A stretch of DNA of 57,450 nt from a bacterium (GTDB taxonomy: Bacteria > Patescibacteriota > Patescibacteriia > S139-126): the NCBI GenBank assembly GCA_030666865.1, contig DAOUWZ010000004.1, positions 1-57,450 of the forward strand, given 5' to 3'. Numbering within the stretch: the first letter of the stretch is position 1; the number at the start of each line of letters is the position of its first letter. Positions 25,792-34,666 of this stretch are shown in pieces. A model generated the notes under the pieces. That model made no database searches. It was given only the letters and a program-made list of their open reading frames with translations, and was not told the origin of the DNA. The position numbers and the translations under genes are program-made.

Positions 25792-26658
25792 ATGATTAAT
25801 AATGAAAAAAGGCTTCGTGTTCTTGTTAAAGAAGATAAAATTATCCAGTTGACTTATTTGAAAATAGCTTCTGTTGAAAAAATTGAAGCTGAATTCCAGG
25901 GATTAATATTTATTAAAAAAATTGGATTTAATGCTCCTGCTATAATTAAGCGTACAAAAGATTCTCTTTCCACAGAATATATTAGAGGAATATCAGCATT
26001 CACTGCTTTAGAGATACTAAGTAGAAAAAAGAAAGTTGATTTGGTATATAATATTTTAGATGAACTTTGTCGCGGGGTAAAAATTTTTCATAGTAAATGT
26101 AAATTTTTAAAAGTAAATAAATATATACCATATCAAGTTGATGTTAAAGTGCCGCATATAACGACGATGTTGAAAGAATCTAATATTAGACTAGCAAAAC
26201 AGCTTGAGAATATTACACCTCAGATTGTAGAATACTACAAGAAAGCAAATATTCCTTTTCGAGATGCTACTCCTAAAAATTATATTATGAGCGATGTTAG
26301 TAAAGATAGTGTAGATGTATTAAATGATAGTAATTATCGAAATAAGTTGACATACATAGATGCGTCTTCTATGAACGAATTAACTTTTTTACCAGATGAT
26401 TTTATAAGTATTTTATTTCATTATATGATTGAAGATGATATCAGATTAGAGCTTCTAAAAAAATATGAGATTGATATGAATTCAAAAGAATTTATTATTA
26501 GCGCTTTTGTCAGATTTGGTAGGTTCTGGGTAAGAAGACAATATTATAAAAAGTATCTCCCAGAGATTTTTAGGAAAAGATATACTTATGAAAAAATTGG
26601 TCATTATAATAAAATAATGATGGAATATACAAAAAAAGTCATTGAATTATTAAATTAA
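25792..26658 (+). CDS. Atypical protein-kinase-like-fold protein (putative small-molecule kinase)
   Basis: STEYIRG hinge-like motif, a catalytic-loop-like FRDATPKN (D-x4-N), and a YIDAS (DFG-like) motif. No canonical HxD. Confidence 0.45.
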   Translation: MINNEKRLRVLVKEDKIIQLTYLKIASVEKIEAEFQGLIFIKKIGFNAPAIIKRTKDSLSTEYIRGISAFTALEILSRKKKVDLVYNILDELCRGVKIFHSKCKFLKVNKYIPYQVDVKVPHITTMLKESNIRLAKQLENITPQIVEYYKKANIPFRDATPKNYIMSDVSKDSVDVLNDSNYRNKLTYIDASSMNELTFLPDDFISILFHYMIEDDIRLELLKKYEIDMNSKEFIISAFVRFGRFWVRRQYYKKYLPEIFRKRYTYEKIGHYNKIMMEYTKKVIELLN

Positions 26659-26661
26659 ATT

Positions 26662-27069
26662 ATGAATTGTAGTTTTCATCACATAGCATTAAATGTTTCT
26701 AATTTAACAAAGTCAATAGAATTTTATACAAAAATTTTGGGTTTTAAAAAAGGTTTATCATTTGAAAGTTCAAATAAAGTTACTAAAATACAGTATTTGG
26801 GATTAAATGATATTAATTTAGAGTTGACTTCTAGATCAATCAAGCTTCATTTGTTTAAAAGAGATGCTAGCAGAGTCATGATTAAACATATAGCTTTTAA
26901 AGTAGAAAATATTAAAACTGTTTATAAACAGTTAGTAGATAAGGTTGATTTTATTTCAGAGATTAAAGTTAAAGTAATAGACAGTGGTATTATAAAGTAT
27001 TTTTTTATAAAAGATCCTGATAGAATTGAAATAGAATTTGTAGAAATAAATCTAAAAGAAGATGAATAA
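26662..27069 (+). CDS. VOC (glyoxalase/bleomycin-resistance/dioxygenase) family protein
   Basis: HHIALNVSNLTKSIEFYTKILGF, HIAFKVENI and DPDRIEIEF. Confidence 0.7.
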   Translation: MNCSFHHIALNVSNLTKSIEFYTKILGFKKGLSFESSNKVTKIQYLGLNDINLELTSRSIKLHLFKRDASRVMIKHIAFKVENIKTVYKQLVDKVDFISEIKVKVIDSGIIKYFFIKDPDRIEIEFVEINLKEDE

Positions 27070-28210
27070 AATAATTAATCAGTGGCAGTTTTTCAAACAT
27101 AGAGAAAAATATTTAAAATTGGGACAGCCATTATATTCTCGATATGCGAAAGATTGCTTCTTATTTTCTAGTGAAAATAAAAAATATATTGATTTTTTAA
27201 TGAGCTGGGGTTCTATTGTTTTAGGACATGCAGATAAGGGAATTGAACAGGTGATAAAATCAAAAATTAGATATGGCTTGAATTTTAATAATCATTTATT
27301 TATAGAAGATGAGTTGGCAGAAATTTTTTCTAGTTTTTTTAGTTTCAAAAGTAAGTTAGCTTTTTTTAATAACGGTTCCGATGCTACTACTTCAGCTATC
27401 CGGATCGCTAGAGCATTTACAAAAAAGCAATTTGTTATTTTTAGCGGTTATCATGGTTGGCATGGATGGGCACAACCAAATACTAATGGTATACTTAAAG
27501 AAGAAAGAGTAAATTCTAGTAAATTTAGATTAGTTGGACATGAAAAAATATTAAATTTTATTAATAAAAATAATAAAAAAATAGCATGTATAATTTTGGA
27601 AATTCCCATAAGATCAAAAGATGCTTTAAAAGTAGTAAAAGAAATAAAGAAATTATCCAAACAATATAAATTTTTACTTATTTATGATGAAATAAAATCA
27701 GGATTGCGTTTAGGTTTTACCCCGGGAATTAGTTTATATGGGATTGAACCAGATATATTGGTTTATGGTAAGGCTTTTGGGGGAGGATTGCCATTTTCAG
27801 CTCTTATTGTAAAAGAAAAAGTTATAAAAAATCTTAATAATCTTAATATGATGGCTACTTTTTGGGGGTCTCCATTATCTCTCTATGTAGCAAAATATAT
27901 CATTAGAGAATTTAAAATGAAAGATTTAGCAAAAAATTTAACAAATATTTCAGAATATTTTGTTTTAAATTTTAATAGAATATTTAAGGATGCGGGAATT
28001 GGAGTTTATTTGGATGAATATTATTCAATGCCAAAATTAATTTTTAAAGAAAATGAGAGAGTGATGAATAAATTTTATAAATTGTCTTTTGAAAACGGTC
28101 TTTATATTCGTCCAAATCATTGTTGGTTTTTATCTTTATCTCACAAAAAAGATATTTGTGATCTGGCTTTGAAAAAATTTAGTAGAATAGTAAAAGTTTT
28201 AAGAAAGTAA
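27062..28210 (+). CDS. Class-III PLP aminotransferase, glutamate-1-semialdehyde-aminomutase-like
   Basis: SWGSIVLGHAD, NNGSDATTSAIRIARAFT, IYDEIKSGLR and GKAFGGGLP (PLP lysine) parallel HemL motifs. Overlaps the upstream gene by 8 nt. Confidence 0.7.
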   Translation: MNKIINQWQFFKHREKYLKLGQPLYSRYAKDCFLFSSENKKYIDFLMSWGSIVLGHADKGIEQVIKSKIRYGLNFNNHLFIEDELAEIFSSFFSFKSKLAFFNNGSDATTSAIRIARAFTKKQFVIFSGYHGWHGWAQPNTNGILKEERVNSSKFRLVGHEKILNFINKNNKKIACIILEIPIRSKDALKVVKEIKKLSKQYKFLLIYDEIKSGLRLGFTPGISLYGIEPDILVYGKAFGGGLPFSALIVKEKVIKNLNNLNMMATFWGSPLSLYVAKYIIREFKMKDLAKNLTNISEYFVLNFNRIFKDAGIGVYLDEYYSMPKLIFKENERVMNKFYKLSFENGLYIRPNHCWFLSLSHKKDICDLALKKFSRIVKVLRK

Positions 28211-28220
28211 ATTTTATTTT

Positions 28221-29795
28221 ATGAAAATAGCAGTTATAGCTCCTTATTCCAGACCTTTTGATGATAGTGATAGTGAAGGGAGTGGACAAAATATATTTAT
28301 TCGAGAAAGTTCTTTGGCTTTGATTAACACTGGACATTCTGTTACTATTTTTCGAAGAAAATCCAGATCTGATGATAAAAATGTTATTAAGAAAAAAGAT
28401 TTGCCAGGCGAGATTACTATCAAAGCTGGTCCAGCGCGAAGATTAAATAGAATAGAAACATATAAGGCTTGTTTAGAGGTTGATATTTTAAAATATATTG
28501 ATATTGCTGAATTTGATTTTTTTATTGCTCATTATTGGATAAGTGAAGCTTGGGTGTCTCAAATTTCAAAAATAACCACAAAGAGAATTTTTTATTTTTC
28601 TCATTCTGTATTTTTAAATGAATATAAATCTATTAGGGAGCAACGAATTAAACTTGCCACTGAAATACGATTTAAAGATAGTGTTTATTGGTGTTCTAAT
28701 ACAAAAAAGGATTACGCTTATATGCGAAGTTTTTTTTCTAAAGAAAAAGTTTTATATATTCCCCCAGGGATTGGGGATTGTAAGGTTGGAGCAAAAAAAG
28801 ATAATAAAGAAATTCTTTTTGTGGGTAGAAAAAATTACGCTAAGGGTTTTGATCTTTTTTGTAAATTGGCGAATGATTTTCCTCAGTATAAATTTGAATC
28901 AATAGGTAGGTTAGAAACAACAGAAGTGAAGATAGATAATTTAACCCAAACTAATTTTTTGTCTGTAAATGATTTGTCTCAAAAAATAAAGAATGCTCGT
29001 TTAGTTATTTGTCCGAGTCGGTATGAGTATTTTGGTCTTGTGCCTTTAATGTCAATAAGTCTGGGAACTCCAGTCATCGCATCAACAGTCGGTGGACATG
29101 TTGAAGTTATTAATAGTAACAAAACAGGGTTACTTTTTAGTCCCAATAGTTATAAGTCTTTATTTAATGTATTTAGTAACTTTTTAGATAAAAATATAAA
29201 AATAAATAATAAAGAAATATTTGCATTGAAAAAGAAATTTAATTGGAATAATTTTGTTGCCAAAATTATTACACAAGTCCAAAAACCAAAAATAGTTTAT
29301 AAAGGGAGTGTTGTTTCAGTTAGTATTTCGCCGAAAGAAATAAATAAAAAATTAATTAATTATGAAAGGGTTAAATTACCTGCATCTGTACATATAATAC
29401 CGATAGATAAAAATGGAAAAATAATATTGCTAAGAGAAAAGAAAATACATGATAGGCAATACAAAACAAGAGTTATAGCAGGTATTAAAGATAAAGATGA
29501 AACTGTGCAAGAGGCAGCTGCTAGAGAATTATTAGAAGAAACTGGTTTGCATGCCAAAAAGTGGAGTTTATTAGTAAAAATTAGTAAAAATAATGTTATT
29601 AATGATAATCGTTATTATTACATCGCTCGTGAGTTAACACAGTATCAACCTAAACCAGATGTTACTGAGAATATTAAAGGGATTGTTAAAGTTGATATTA
29701 AAGAGTTAAAAAAGTTATGGGATAAAGGAGTTTTTGGAAAGTTAGAAACATCAGTCGCTATTGAAAAATTATTTGGTTTTTATAAAAAAATATAA
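28221..29795 (+). CDS. GT4-family glycosyltransferase fused to a C-terminal ADP-ribose-pyrophosphatase-type Nudix domain
   Basis: GT-B/GT4 C-terminal motif YEYFGLVPLMSISLGTPVIASTVGGHVEVI..KTGLLF. Nudix box GIKDKDETVQEAAARELLEETGL. Confidence 0.7.
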   Translation: MKIAVIAPYSRPFDDSDSEGSGQNIFIRESSLALINTGHSVTIFRRKSRSDDKNVIKKKDLPGEITIKAGPARRLNRIETYKACLEVDILKYIDIAEFDFFIAHYWISEAWVSQISKITTKRIFYFSHSVFLNEYKSIREQRIKLATEIRFKDSVYWCSNTKKDYAYMRSFFSKEKVLYIPPGIGDCKVGAKKDNKEILFVGRKNYAKGFDLFCKLANDFPQYKFESIGRLETTEVKIDNLTQTNFLSVNDLSQKIKNARLVICPSRYEYFGLVPLMSISLGTPVIASTVGGHVEVINSNKTGLLFSPNSYKSLFNVFSNFLDKNIKINNKEIFALKKKFNWNNFVAKIITQVQKPKIVYKGSVVSVSISPKEINKKLINYERVKLPASVHIIPIDKNGKIILLREKKIHDRQYKTRVIAGIKDKDETVQEAAARELLEETGLHAKKWSLLVKISKNNVINDNRYYYIARELTQYQPKPDVTENIKGIVKVDIKELKKLWDKGVFGKLETSVAIEKLFGFYKKI

Positions 29796-29843
29796 AATAA
29801 TTATAAAAATATAATCGTTATTGTTATTTTAGGAGGTGGTATT

Positions 29844-30368
29844 ATGTTTTTTAAAAATTTAGCTTTACCAATGAGAGCTCAACCTTTTCATATTGGTCAT
29901 GCTCGGTATATTAAGCAATTTAGTAAAATGTGTAACAGAGGTTTAATATTTTTATCTAAAGAATATGATTTAGAGGAAAATCCTTTTTTATACAAGACAA
30001 GGGAATTTTGGATTAATAAATTTTTGTCTGTTGAAAATATAAATAATATTTTAATTGCTAAGAGAGAGAAAAAGCTAGTTGATATATCAGGTAAATATGA
30101 AGAATATGTTAATTGTTTTGACACTACTGACTTTGTTGTTATCACCACTAACGAAACAGATAATATTTATAAATTGACAGGACTTCAAACATTCAATCAT
30201 CATGATCCTGATTTTGTAAAAGAAATTTGGGGAAAGAGTTTAGGACGCATTAAGTTATTTTCTACTGGAAGAATTATCAGAGAAAGATTAAAGAAAGATT
30301 TGGATTGTTCAGACTATTTAACACCCTTGGTATATAAAGAGGCTAGAATGGTTATGCAAAACATTTAA
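29844..30368 (+). CDS. HxGH nucleotidyltransferase (cytidylyltransferase superfamily, NadM-like)
   Basis: MRAQPFHIGH (RFQPxHxGH-type) and STGRIIR (ISSTxIR-type). Strong SD AGGAGGTG. Confidence 0.65.
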   Translation: MFFKNLALPMRAQPFHIGHARYIKQFSKMCNRGLIFLSKEYDLEENPFLYKTREFWINKFLSVENINNILIAKREKKLVDISGKYEEYVNCFDTTDFVVITTNETDNIYKLTGLQTFNHHDPDFVKEIWGKSLGRIKLFSTGRIIRERLKKDLDCSDYLTPLVYKEARMVMQNI

Positions 30369-30400
30369 TAACCCGTGAACACCCGGGTTATTTTTTATTT
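30369..30400 (+). terminator. Intrinsic terminator closing the five-gene island
   Basis: TAACCCG-loop-CGGGTTA followed by TTTTTTATTTT. Confidence 0.75.
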
Positions 30401-30458
30401 TATATTCTCCGATTGCTGTTGGATGGCTAAAGTGTTTTTTTGTATAATAATTATCTAC

Positions 30459-30516
30459 ATTAACATACCTACATCCGATGTCGGGATTTCCCGACATCGG
30501 ATGTAGGTATGTTAAT
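30459..30516. repeat. P2-family palindrome (58 bp, variant)
   Basis: ATTAACATACCTACATCCGATGTCGGGA-tt-TCCCGACATCGGATGTAGGTATGTTAAT. It shares the ACATCCGATGTCSGGA core with 8440-8485 and 20199-20252. Confidence 0.9.
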
Positions 30517-30660
30517 AGTTTTTTTGAATTTGATAAAATTATATCTTGACATTATTTTTTGTTATGATATTCTATTATTACATATAAAAAAGAGCAAAGC
30601 TCTAGTATGTATGCCGGTTAGCGTAAATTAGAATATAGGCGGCATTCAGAATCAATAAGG

Positions 30661-30696
30661 AATTACTTATTTAATTACGTAATTAAATAAGTAATT
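30661..30696. repeat. Perfect 36-bp AT-rich palindrome
   Basis: AATTACTTATTTAATTAC|GTAATTAAATAAGTAATT, nested in a longer CAATAAGG/CCTTATTG stem. Confidence 0.9.
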
Positions 30697-30730
30697 AAAT
30701 AAAAACCCTTATTGATTGAGGGATTTTTTA

Positions 30731-30858
30731 ATTAGTTTTTAGGTTATACCTGCCTGCCGGCAGGCAGGGGTTTTAGTTATTAGAAGATGAGAATTATTAA
30801 ATCTACAACCTGAAAACTAGCAACTAACAACTATAACCTAAAAACTAACAACTATTCT
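30731..30858 (+). repeat. SR composite repeat, copy A (P1 palindrome at 30749-30768), ending at the rpsL ATG
   Basis: A 55-nt block (30734-30788) is identical to 31290-31344. A 31-nt block (30824-30854) is identical to 31373-31403. Confidence 0.9.
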
Positions 30859-31284
30859 ATGCCTACAATTAATCAATTATTGAAAAAACCAAGGAAATCA
30901 AAGCATAAAAAGTCTAATAGTCCGGCTATTCAGACTGTTTTTAATGTGCTGAAAAGAAGACGGACGACTTTGCCAAAAGGAGCAGGTTTTAAACGCGGAG
31001 TATGTTTGAAAGTAACCACTACTACGCCAAAAAAACCAAATTCTGCTTTGCGGAAGATTGCCAGAGTTAGACTTTCAAATGGCATGGAAGTGACCGCTTA
31101 TATTCCAGGTATGGGTCATAATTTACAAGAACATAGTGTTGTTTTGGTTAGAGGCGGTCGGGTTAGCGATTTGCCTGGTGTGCGTTATAAGGTTGTCAGA
31201 GGGGTGTATGATGCTCAAGGCGTTGAAGGTAGAATGCAAAGCCGGTCTCGGTATGGCACTAAAAAGCCAAAAGCGAAGAAATAA
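30859..31284 (+). CDS. rpsL: 30S ribosomal protein S12
   Basis: [12 protein letters not shown]...[10 protein letters not shown]...[18 protein letters not shown]. Confidence 0.97.
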   Translation: MPTINQLLKKPRKSKHKKSNSPAIQTVFNVLKRRRTTLPKGAGFKRGVCLKVTTTTPKKPNSALRKIARVRLSNGMEVTAYIPGMGHNLQEHSVVLVRGGRVSDLPGVRYKVVRGVYDAQGVEGRMQSRSRYGTKKPKAKK

Positions 31285-31287
31285 TTA

Positions 31288-31407
31288 TCAGTTTTTAGGT
31301 TATACCTGCCTGCCGGCAGGCAGGGGTTTTAGTTATTAGAAGATTAAAGTTATTTAACCTACAACCTAAAGACTAACAACTATAACCTAAAAACTAACAA
31401 CTAATAT
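31288..31407 (+). repeat. SR composite repeat, copy B (P1 palindrome at 31305-31324), filling the rpsL-rpsG spacer
   Basis: See copy A. Confidence 0.9.
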
Positions 31408-31887
31408 ATGAGAGGAAAAAGAGCGCCAAAAAGAAAAATAATTCCAGATCCAAAATATAATTCAATTTTGGTTGCGAAGTTTATTAACCAAATAATGAGA
31501 AATGGTAAGAAAACATTAGCTCAAAAAATAGTTTATCAATGTTTTGATATGCTTCAAGAAAAAACCAAACAAAAATCAGTTGAAGTTTTTGAGAAATCAC
31601 TTAGAAATATTGCGCCGTCAGTAGAAGTTAAGGGTCGTCGGATCGGCGGAGCTAATTATCAGGTTCCGATTCCAGTTACTGGAGATAGAAAAAATACCTT
31701 AGCTTTTAGGTGGCTTATTGAAGCTGCTAAAAATAAAAAAGGCAAATCAATGGCTGAAAAATTGGCTAATGAATTGTTATTAGCTTTGAATAATGAAGGT
31801 GATACTATCAAAAAGAAACAGGATGTACAGCGTATGGCTGAATCAAATAGAGCATTTGCTCATTTTGCAAATTATAAGAGAAGATAA
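31408..31887 (+). CDS. rpsG: 30S ribosomal protein S7
   Basis: Conserved S7 sequence (PDPKYNS..VAKFIN..MRNGKK, VEVKGRRIGGANYQVP). Confidence 0.97.
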   Translation: MRGKRAPKRKIIPDPKYNSILVAKFINQIMRNGKKTLAQKIVYQCFDMLQEKTKQKSVEVFEKSLRNIAPSVEVKGRRIGGANYQVPIPVTGDRKNTLAFRWLIEAAKNKKGKSMAEKLANELLLALNNEGDTIKKKQDVQRMAESNRAFAHFANYKRR

Positions 31888-32008
31888 GTCAGGTTATACC
31901 TACCTGCCGGCAGGCAGGGGTTTTAGTTATTGAAAGACTGAGAATTATTAAACCTACAATCTAAAAATTATTAACTAACAACTACAACCTAAAAACTAAC
32001 AACTAACT
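31888..32008 (+). repeat. SR composite repeat, copy C (P1 variant at 31899-31918, 1 mismatch), filling the rpsG-fusA spacer
   Basis: Same architecture as copies A and B. Confidence 0.85.
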
Positions 32009-34090
32009 ATGGCACGAGAATATTCTTTAGAAAAAACAAGAAATATCGGTATTATCGCTCATATTGATGCTGGAAAAACAACCGTAACAGAGCGGGTTTT
32101 GTATTATACTGGTAAAAAACATAAAATTGGCGAAGTTCATGATGGCGAAGCAGAAATGGATTGGATGGAGCAAGAACAAGAAAGAGGAATTACCATTACC
32201 TCGGCTGCGACTACATGTTTTTGGAAAGATTATCGTTTTAATATCATTGATACCCCAGGTCATGTAGATTTTACTGCTGAGGTAGAAAGAAGTTTGCGGG
32301 TATTGGATGGCGGGGTTGTTATTTTTGATGGAGTAGCTGGTGTAGAATCGCAATCAGAAACAGTTTGGCGGCAAGCTGACAAATATCAAGTTCCGAGAAT
32401 TGCATTTATAAATAAAATGGATAGAATGGGAGCTGATTTTTATTTTGATATGGATACTATTCATCAGCGGTTGACCAAAGACGCTTATCCGATCCAACTT
32501 CCCATTGGGGCAGCTGAAACTTTTCAAGGCGTAGTTGATTTGATAGAACAAAAAGCTTATTATTATCAAGATGATCTTGGAGTTAAGATTGAAGAAAAAG
32601 AAGTTCCAGCAGAATTATCAGAAAAAGTCGAAGAATATCGATCAAAAATGATTGAGGCTATTGTAGAAAATGATGAAGAATTAATGCATAAATATTTAGA
32701 AGGAGAAAATATTTCCGTTGACGAACTTAAGGGGGCGCTTAGAAAAGGTGTTATTGCAAATAGTATTGTTCCTGTTTTATGCGGGTCAGCTTTGAAAAAT
32801 AAAGGAGTGCAGTTATTACTTGATGCGGTTAATTATTATCTACCGTCTCCGGTTGATATTGACCCGCCAGTTGGTCATGATCCAGAAGATGAAAAAAAGG
32901 AAATACCTTTGCAAGTTGGCGATGATCAACCAGTAGTTGGTTTGGCTTTCAAAGTAGCCACTGATCCATATGTAGGTCGGTTGACATTTTATCGGGTTTA
33001 TTCTGGAACTTTAAAATCAGGTAGTTATTTGATTAACAATACCAATGGTACTAAAGAGAGAGTCAGTCGACTGTTGCGGATGCATGCTAATCACCGTGAA
33101 GACGTAGATGAAATATATGCCGGAGAGATTGCTGCGATAGTTGGTTTGAAAAAAACTACTACTGGAGATACTTTATCTGATGCTAGTTTACCAATCAATT
33201 TGGAAAAGATTGATTTTCCAGATCCAGTTATTTCTATTGCCGTTGAACCAAAAACAAAACAAGATCAAGAAAAAATGGGTCTAGCTCTGCAAAGATTGGC
33301 TGAAGAAGATCCAACTTTCAGAGTTAAAACTGATGAAGAAACTGGGCAGGTAATTATTTCTGGTATGGGCGAGCTTCATTTGGATATTATTATTGATCGG
33401 ATGAGAAGAGAATTTAGTGTTGAGGCTAATATTGGTGAACCACAAGTAGCTTATAAAGAAACCATTCGAAAAACAGCAGAAGCAGAAGGAAAATATATTC
33501 GTCAATCTGGTGGACGCGGTCAGTACGGCCATTGTTTACTCCGAATTGAACCAAATGGAGATGGTAAGGGTTATGAATTTAATGATAAAATAAAAGGCGG
33601 CACTATTCCCAAAGAATATATTCCAGCAATTGATAAAGGTATTAAAGAAGCAATGGAAAATGGTGTTTTGGCAGGTTATCCAATACTTGATATTAAAGTG
33701 ACGGTATATGACGGTTCGTTTCATGAAGTTGATTCCTCAGAATCAGCCTTTAAAATTGCTGGTTCCAAAGCATTCCAGGCAGCTTTCAAAAAAGCTGGTC
33801 CAGTATTGCTTGAACCAATTGAAAAAATCGAAGTAGTTGTACCGGAAGAATTTATGGGTGATGTTATTGGCGATTTAAATTCAAAAAGAGGTCAGATAAT
33901 TGAAATGAATGATCGAGGTAAAAATAAGGTAATTGAAGCTAATGTCCCACTTGCTTCAATGTTTGGCTATGTAACTACCTTGCGTTCTATGACTCAAGGC
34001 CGAGGAACTTCCACAATGGAATTTGATCATTTTGCCGATGTTCCAAACAATGTTGCTAAAGATATTATTGAAGGCAAAGAAGCGAAGTAG
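32009..34090 (+). CDS. fusA: Elongation factor G
   Basis: G1 [22 protein letters not shown] and full-length EF-G domains. Confidence 0.97.
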   Translation: MAREYSLEKTRNIGIIAHIDAGKTTVTERVLYYTGKKHKIGEVHDGEAEMDWMEQEQERGITITSAATTCFWKDYRFNIIDTPGHVDFTAEVERSLRVLDGGVVIFDGVAGVESQSETVWRQADKYQVPRIAFINKMDRMGADFYFDMDTIHQRLTKDAYPIQLPIGAAETFQGVVDLIEQKAYYYQDDLGVKIEEKEVPAELSEKVEEYRSKMIEAIVENDEELMHKYLEGENISVDELKGALRKGVIANSIVPVLCGSALKNKGVQLLLDAVNYYLPSPVDIDPPVGHDPEDEKKEIPLQVGDDQPVVGLAFKVATDPYVGRLTFYRVYSGTLKSGSYLINNTNGTKERVSRLLRMHANHREDVDEIYAGEIAAIVGLKKTTTGDTLSDASLPINLEKIDFPDPVISIAVEPKTKQDQEKMGLALQRLAEEDPTFRVKTDEETGQVIISGMGELHLDIIIDRMRREFSVEANIGEPQVAYKETIRKTAEAEGKYIRQSGGRGQYGHCLLRIEPNGDGKGYEFNDKIKGGTIPKEYIPAIDKGIKEAMENGVLAGYPILDIKVTVYDGSFHEVDSSESAFKIAGSKAFQAAFKKAGPVLLEPIEKIEVVVPEEFMGDVIGDLNSKRGQIIEMNDRGKNKVIEANVPLASMFGYVTTLRSMTQGRGTSTMEFDHFADVPNNVAKDIIEGKEAK

Positions 34091-34183
34091 GTTACAGTTG
34101 TCAGGTTATAGGTTTTAGGAATTATTTAATTTTCTAATACCTATGAACCAAAACCTACAACCTAATAACTAACAACTAAATTT
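34091..34183 (+). repeat. SR composite repeat, copy D (lacks the P1 palindrome: CAGGTTATA|GGTTTTAG)
   Basis: Same arms and the same G-poor right half (AACCTACAACCTAATAACTAACAACTAA) as copies A-C. Confidence 0.75.
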
Positions 34184-34498
34184 ATGTCACAATGGTCAGA
34201 CATAATTAGCACAGTAAAAAAAATAAATAGAGAAGTAATTATAATAGATGGCGATAAGACTTTTGTGGTAATGGATTTGGCTAAATATGATGAATTGTTA
34301 TCAAAAGAGGATATTTTGGATATGAATGAGGATGAATTTTTAAACGAGATTAATAGACAAGTAGCAGTTTGGAAGTTAAATCATGAGCAGGATCAAGAAA
34401 CAGCAGTGGCTTCTAGTATAGAAACAGCTAATGATAAAGAGTATCAGAAAGATAAAAATAGTGATGATGATACTTTTTATATCGAACCAGTAGAATAG
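34184..34498 (+). CDS. Hypothetical acidic protein with a Phd/YefM-like N-terminal segment
   Basis: REVIIIDGDKTFVVMDLAKYDELL resembles the antitoxin beta-alpha core. Acidic tail. No adjacent toxin ORF. Confidence 0.35.
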   Translation: MSQWSDIISTVKKINREVIIIDGDKTFVVMDLAKYDELLSKEDILDMNEDEFLNEINRQVAVWKLNHEQDQETAVASSIETANDKEYQKDKNSDDDTFYIEPVE

Positions 34499-34637
34499 TA
34501 GATTTGTGGTGTAATTGATTTTGTTATAAAACATTTCCACATGTTTTCAAGGGTAAGTATTACAATTTGGTAGATTTGGCTAATTTTAGCAAAAAAATAA
34601 AATATTTTTAGTAAAAATAGTGAATTATTAAGACTAC

Positions 34638-34666
34638 TTGCTATTATTAAAAAATTTTGTTATAAT
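34638..34666 (+). promoter_or_regulatory. Sigma70 promoter (TTGCTA-N17-TATAAT) dedicated to tuf
   Basis: TTGCTA at 34638-34643 and TATAAT at 34661-34666. The leader to the tuf ATG is about 110 nt. Confidence 0.6.

Noticed and set aside
31136-31339. Track ORFs 31136..31339 (+) and 39457..39660 (-), both containing 'CLPAGR'.
   Set aside because: Both exist only because they read through the palindromic repeat, which encodes LPAGRQ on either strand. They overlap rpsL and rplB out of frame.
30749-31918. Regularly spaced identical 20-bp palindromes about 560-600 bp apart, considered as a possible CRISPR array.
   Set aside because: The 'spacers' are the rpsL and rpsG coding sequences. The repeat is embedded in a longer composite repeat, no cas genes are present, and other copies are scattered singly.
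32027-33724. Multiple antisense or out-of-frame ORFs of 60-130 aa inside fusA, clpC, recG, valS, dnaB and others.
   Set aside because: They lie entirely within strongly supported conserved genes. They have low-complexity, AT-codon-driven sequence and no motifs.
34184-34498. A complete toxin-antitoxin module between fusA and tuf.
   Set aside because: Only the antitoxin-like ORF is present. No toxin-sized ORF follows on either strand, and the similarity is limited to a short N-terminal segment.
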